6,203 nt of DNA from Candidatus Iainarchaeum sp. (GTDB lineage Archaea > Iainarchaeota > Iainarchaeia > Iainarchaeales > 0-14-0-20-30-16). A program made the position numbers and the translations under genes. The notes beneath the pieces were generated by a model, which did not search any database, was not told the DNA's origin, and saw nothing but the letters and a program-made list of their open reading frames with translations. Location of the stretch: contig JAQTTP010000014.1 in assembly GCA_028710695.1 (NCBI GenBank), forward strand, positions 1 through 6,203, in the 5' to 3' direction. Shown here one piece after another: positions 3,779-6,203 of this stretch (its first letter is position 1; each line of letters opens with the position of its first letter).

Positions 3779-6203
3779 AAGAAATAACAATGACTGATAC
3801 TGCGCCTAAATGGAATGATGTTGTTGAAGAATTTAAAAAAAATAAACCCGTAAAAGATTACACAGCGCCATCTTGGACAAAAATAGAAAAAGAAGCAAAA
3901 GAACGAATTGAATTACAAACAAAAGAAATAAGTGATGATGATGTGTATGGTAAATATTGGAAACGATTAGGATTGCCAGAAACATCGGTTGAACAAAAAA
4001 AACTTGGTAAAGCAAATCAATTATTGGAAGAGGGCATTGATATCCCTATAATTAGTAGTTGGACACAATTATCTAAACATACAGATATGAAGAATGCTGC
4101 TGAACTTTTAAAAAGATATGAGTATTATAAAAAAACAGGACAAAACGAAAATTGGAAATATTTTAAAACAACAATGACAGGAGAAGGTGCGCTGCATATT
4201 GGAGATGATTTATTAAATCTTAAAATTGCTGAACAAGAAGCGATAGAACAAGGCGAAGACCCAAGATATATAAAACAAATACGAAATCAAATAGACGCCA
4301 TAGAAAAAACTGCCGTATCAATACCAGAAGAAGCGGCTTTTAATATGTCTGACGTTGTAAAAGCAAGAGATATGGTAATGGAAGCTGTAGCGTATAATAA
4401 ATACATAGAAAATCGAGGCGGTTATTCAACGTTAAGCAAGATTGAAAAAGGCGTAGTAGATATGTTGAAATTCGCAGTAGAAATGTATGCGTCAAGCGGA
4501 TTACTTAAAGCTATGGGCGCTGAAAACAAAGCATTAAGAGCCGCTATTAGAACATATACCGCTGGCATTGGAGATACTGTATTAAAAAAAATGGATTACG
4601 AAAGTAAGGATTATGGCGCATTATCTTTTGTCTCTGCCTCTATTGATACATTTATTGATTATTATACAGAAGAATTAGGCGGAGCGTTAGAGAAAGCAGC
4701 TAAACCAGCAACACAAATATTAACGAGATATGTTGATAGATTATTAGAAAATAAGTTTGGGAAAAAAGCGTCTGAAAGTTTATCTAAATTCACAAAAGAG
4801 GCGGCGATAGAAGGTTTTACTGGAGAATACCTTGAAGAGGTAGCGGCGTCTTTGATGAAATATGCAGCCGGCACACAAGAAGATTTAGGTACTGCGGAAG
4901 ATTGGCTTATAACGTTGGGAACAGTTATGGCGACTGTTGGTGGGGCAAAGGCATTACAGGTATATAATGTAAAAAAAGAATATGAAAAAGAATATGAAAA
5001 TTTTATAAAAGACGGGTTTTTAGAATTTAAGGAAGAAAATCCAGAAATAGTAAAAGAGATAAAAGAAAAGGGCATTTTATCAAGAAATGATATGAAAGAA
5101 TACGGTTTGTTTGATATTGTAGGGATTACGAATGAAAAGCAGAGACAAGAAATAGTAAATAAGTTGACCAAACCGGAGGAAAGCGTTTTCCAAGACAAAG
5201 ATTTAAAAATAGAAGAAAAACCGATAGAAACGCCGACTGCCAAAGAAACAGAAGCAAAGGTAGAAACAGAAACAGAAAAAGAAAAGGTTGTGCCCGAGAT
5301 AAAAGAAGGTTCGGAGATAAACGAGCGCAATTTAAGAGATAAATATAAAAAGCTTACAATAATGCAGGCGATAGACAAAGCAAGTGAACTTGGTATAAAA
5401 ACAACAAATAAATACAATAATGTATTGCCAAAAGATGTGTTGATATCAAATATTATATCGAAAGAGTTAAAAAACGAAGCAATAAAGGTTCGTGCAGAAA
5501 AAAAACAATTTAATAGAGAGTTATTTGAGGCGCAAAAAGAGGCAGACGAAAAAAAGAAAATAGAAGCAAAAGAGGCAGAAAAACAAAGAATTGAAGATGA
5601 AAAAAAACGGATAACTTTCATTAAACAGAAAGAACAGAGCAAAATAAAAGAAAGTGCAGAATTTGAAACTGTGTTGTCGGGTTATACAAAATCTATCGAA
5701 AAAGAGGAAGAGGGGAAACTTAAAGAACAGTATGCTTCTTTACAAAAAGAAAAAAAAGAAAAAGAAAAACAGATTTCTGAATTAAAAAAGAAAACTGTTT
5801 TACTTGAAAAAGAACGCAAGGAAATCAATGAACAGCGCAAAGCAGAGGGATTGCCGACTATTGAAGAGGTGAAAATAAAAGAAGAACAGCGTAAATTTGA
5901 TATAAAATGGGAACAAGATAAAAATAATAGAATGACGGAACTTGCAAAATTATCGTATAAACAACTCATAGAAGAGGCGACAAGGAAAGGAATAACTGGA
6001 ATTAAAGGAATAAAAAAAGATAAAATTGCCAGCAGGATATTGAATATAGAATATGGCGAAATAGCAAAAGACATTAAACGTCCTGGACGAATAGACATTG
6101 AAGAGGTCGTTGGCTTAAAGCAAGTCCCTAAAAAAAAGAGTAAGATTAAAATTGTAAAAACCTCAAATGAAAATCTTTTTACTCAAAAAGATTTAGAAAC
6201 GAT
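3775..6203 (+). CDS. Large Lys/Glu-rich protein, 3' truncated by the window edge (809 complete codons visible); candidate internal virion/ejected 'large polyvalent'-type phage protein
   Basis: Codon-by-codon translation from 3775 (ATGA overlap with the upstream TGA) shows no stop to the window end. Begins MKEITMTDTAPKWNDVVEEFKKNKPVKDYTAPSWTK; contains a globular alpha-rich region with EAAIEGFTGEYLEEVAASLMKYAAGTQEDLG and a hydrophobic stretch WLITLGTVMATVGGAKAL, then a charged coiled coil. Not in the supplied ORF track. Confidence 0.85.
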   Translation, partial: MKEITMTDTAPKWNDVVEEFKKNKPVKDYTAPSWTKIEKEAKERIELQTKEISDDDVYGKYWKRLGLPETSVEQKKLGKANQLLEEGIDIPIISSWTQLSKHTDMKNAAELLKRYEYYKKTGQNENWKYFKTTMTGEGALHIGDDLLNLKIAEQEAIEQGEDPRYIKQIRNQIDAIEKTAVSIPEEAAFNMSDVVKARDMVMEAVAYNKYIENRGGYSTLSKIEKGVVDMLKFAVEMYASSGLLKAMGAENKALRAAIRTYTAGIGDTVLKKMDYESKDYGALSFVSASIDTFIDYYTEELGGALEKAAKPATQILTRYVDRLLENKFGKKASESLSKFTKEAAIEGFTGEYLEEVAASLMKYAAGTQEDLGTAEDWLITLGTVMATVGGAKALQVYNVKKEYEKEYENFIKDGFLEFKEENPEIVKEIKEKGILSRNDMKEYGLFDIVGITNEKQRQEIVNKLTKPEESVFQDKDLKIEEKPIETPTAKETEAKVETETEKEKVVPEIKEGSEINERNLRDKYKKLTIMQAIDKASELGIKTTNKYNNVLPKDVLISNIISKELKNEAIKVRAEKKQFNRELFEAQKEADEKKKIEAKEAEKQRIEDEKKRITFIKQKEQSKIKESAEFETVLSGYTKSIEKEEEGKLKEQYASLQKEKKEKEKQISELKKKTVLLEKERKEINEQRKAEGLPTIEEVKIKEEQRKFDIKWEQDKNNRMTELAKLSYKQLIEEATRKGITGIKGIKKDKIASRILNIEYGEIAKDIKRPGRIDIEEVVGLKQVPKKKSKIKIVKTSNENLFTQKDLET
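4903..4962 (+). other. Hydrophobic segment (possible membrane-interacting helix) inside the large ORF
   Basis: WLITLGTVMATVGGAKALQV, the most hydrophobic run in an otherwise strongly charged protein. Confidence 0.4.
5332..5469 (+). other. SAP/Rho_N-like helix-extension-helix motif 1 in the large ORF
   Basis: LRDKYKKLTIMQAIDKASELGIKTTNKYNNVLPKDVLISNIISKEL resembles L-x-x-L-(S/T)-...-A-x-x-x-G-I-...-(K)-x-x-L-I-x-x-I. Confidence 0.4.
5461..5931 (+). other. Highly charged coiled-coil / single-alpha-helix-like region in the large ORF
   Basis: Dense K/E/Q repeats: AEKKQFNRELFEAQKEADEKKKIEAKEAEKQRIEDEKKRI...KLKEQYASLQKEKKEKEKQISELKKKTVLLEKERKEINEQRKAEG, with almost no Pro/Gly. Confidence 0.75.
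5932..6045 (+). other. SAP/Rho_N-like helix-extension-helix motif 2 in the large ORF
   Basis: MTELAKLSYKQLIEEATRKGITGIKGIKKDKIASRILN: L-x-x-L-S-x-x-x-L-x-x-x-A-x-x-x-G-I-x(6-7)-K-K-D-x-I-x-x-x-I-L pattern. Confidence 0.5.

Noticed and set aside
3833-4015. Minus-strand 60-aa ORF
   Set aside because: Short, hydrophobic Leu/Phe-rich antisense artefact within the large + ORF.
4662-5642. Minus-strand 326-aa ORF (MLCSFCLMKVIRFFSSSILCF...)
   Set aside because: Lies entirely antisense to the continuous + frame 3775..6203. Its Ser/Phe/Leu-rich composition is what the reverse complement of Lys/Glu-rich A-heavy codons yields (AAA/GAA give TTT/TTC and shifted TCT/CTT). No tight gene packing on that strand.
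5461-5931. Similarity of the K/E-rich region to SMC, myosin-like or TolA proteins
   Set aside because: Charged coiled coils give non-specific similarity; the composition alone supports no functional assignment.
5682-6098. Minus-strand 138-aa ORF
   Set aside because: Same explanation: mirror of the charged coiled-coil coding region, low-complexity Ser/Phe-rich.
1-6203. CRISPR array, tRNA, terminator hairpin, transposon ends, retroelement or defence system
   Set aside because: The window is almost fully covered by protein-coding frames with gaps of at most 12 nt. No regularly spaced repeats, clover-leaf sequence, GC-rich hairpin with T-tract, terminal inverted repeats, or RT/nuclease motifs were recognisable by eye.

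Overview
AT-rich, gene-dense window. I read it as five co-oriented, tightly packed ORFs on the + strand: two truncated by the window edges (3..497 and 3775..6203+) and three complete (500..1384, 1388..2296, 2309..3778). Junctions are nearly seamless: gaps of 2, 3 and 12 nt, then a 4-nt ATGA overlap. The supplied ORF track omits both edge-truncated ORFs. One of them is the largest gene here, open for 809 codons to the window end. The content looks like a late virion/appendage module of a divergent phage or prophage: beta-rich Gly/Thr/Ser appendage-type proteins with an internal duplication and an FN3-like C-terminus, then two small coiled-coil proteins with phage-like signatures, then a large Lys/Glu-rich protein. 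No hallmark phage gene (terminase, portal, major capsid) is in view, so the assignment is an inference. Most notable observations: (i) by manual scan, both GATC and CATG are absent from the whole window; (ii) the large C-terminal ORF carries two SAP/Rho_N-like helix-extension-helix motifs flanking a highly charged coiled coil; (iii) the 500..1384 protein contains a clear ~78-aa direct duplication at a 96-aa offset plus an FN3-like domain. I found no convincing RNA gene, CRISPR array, mobile element or defence/retroelement system.
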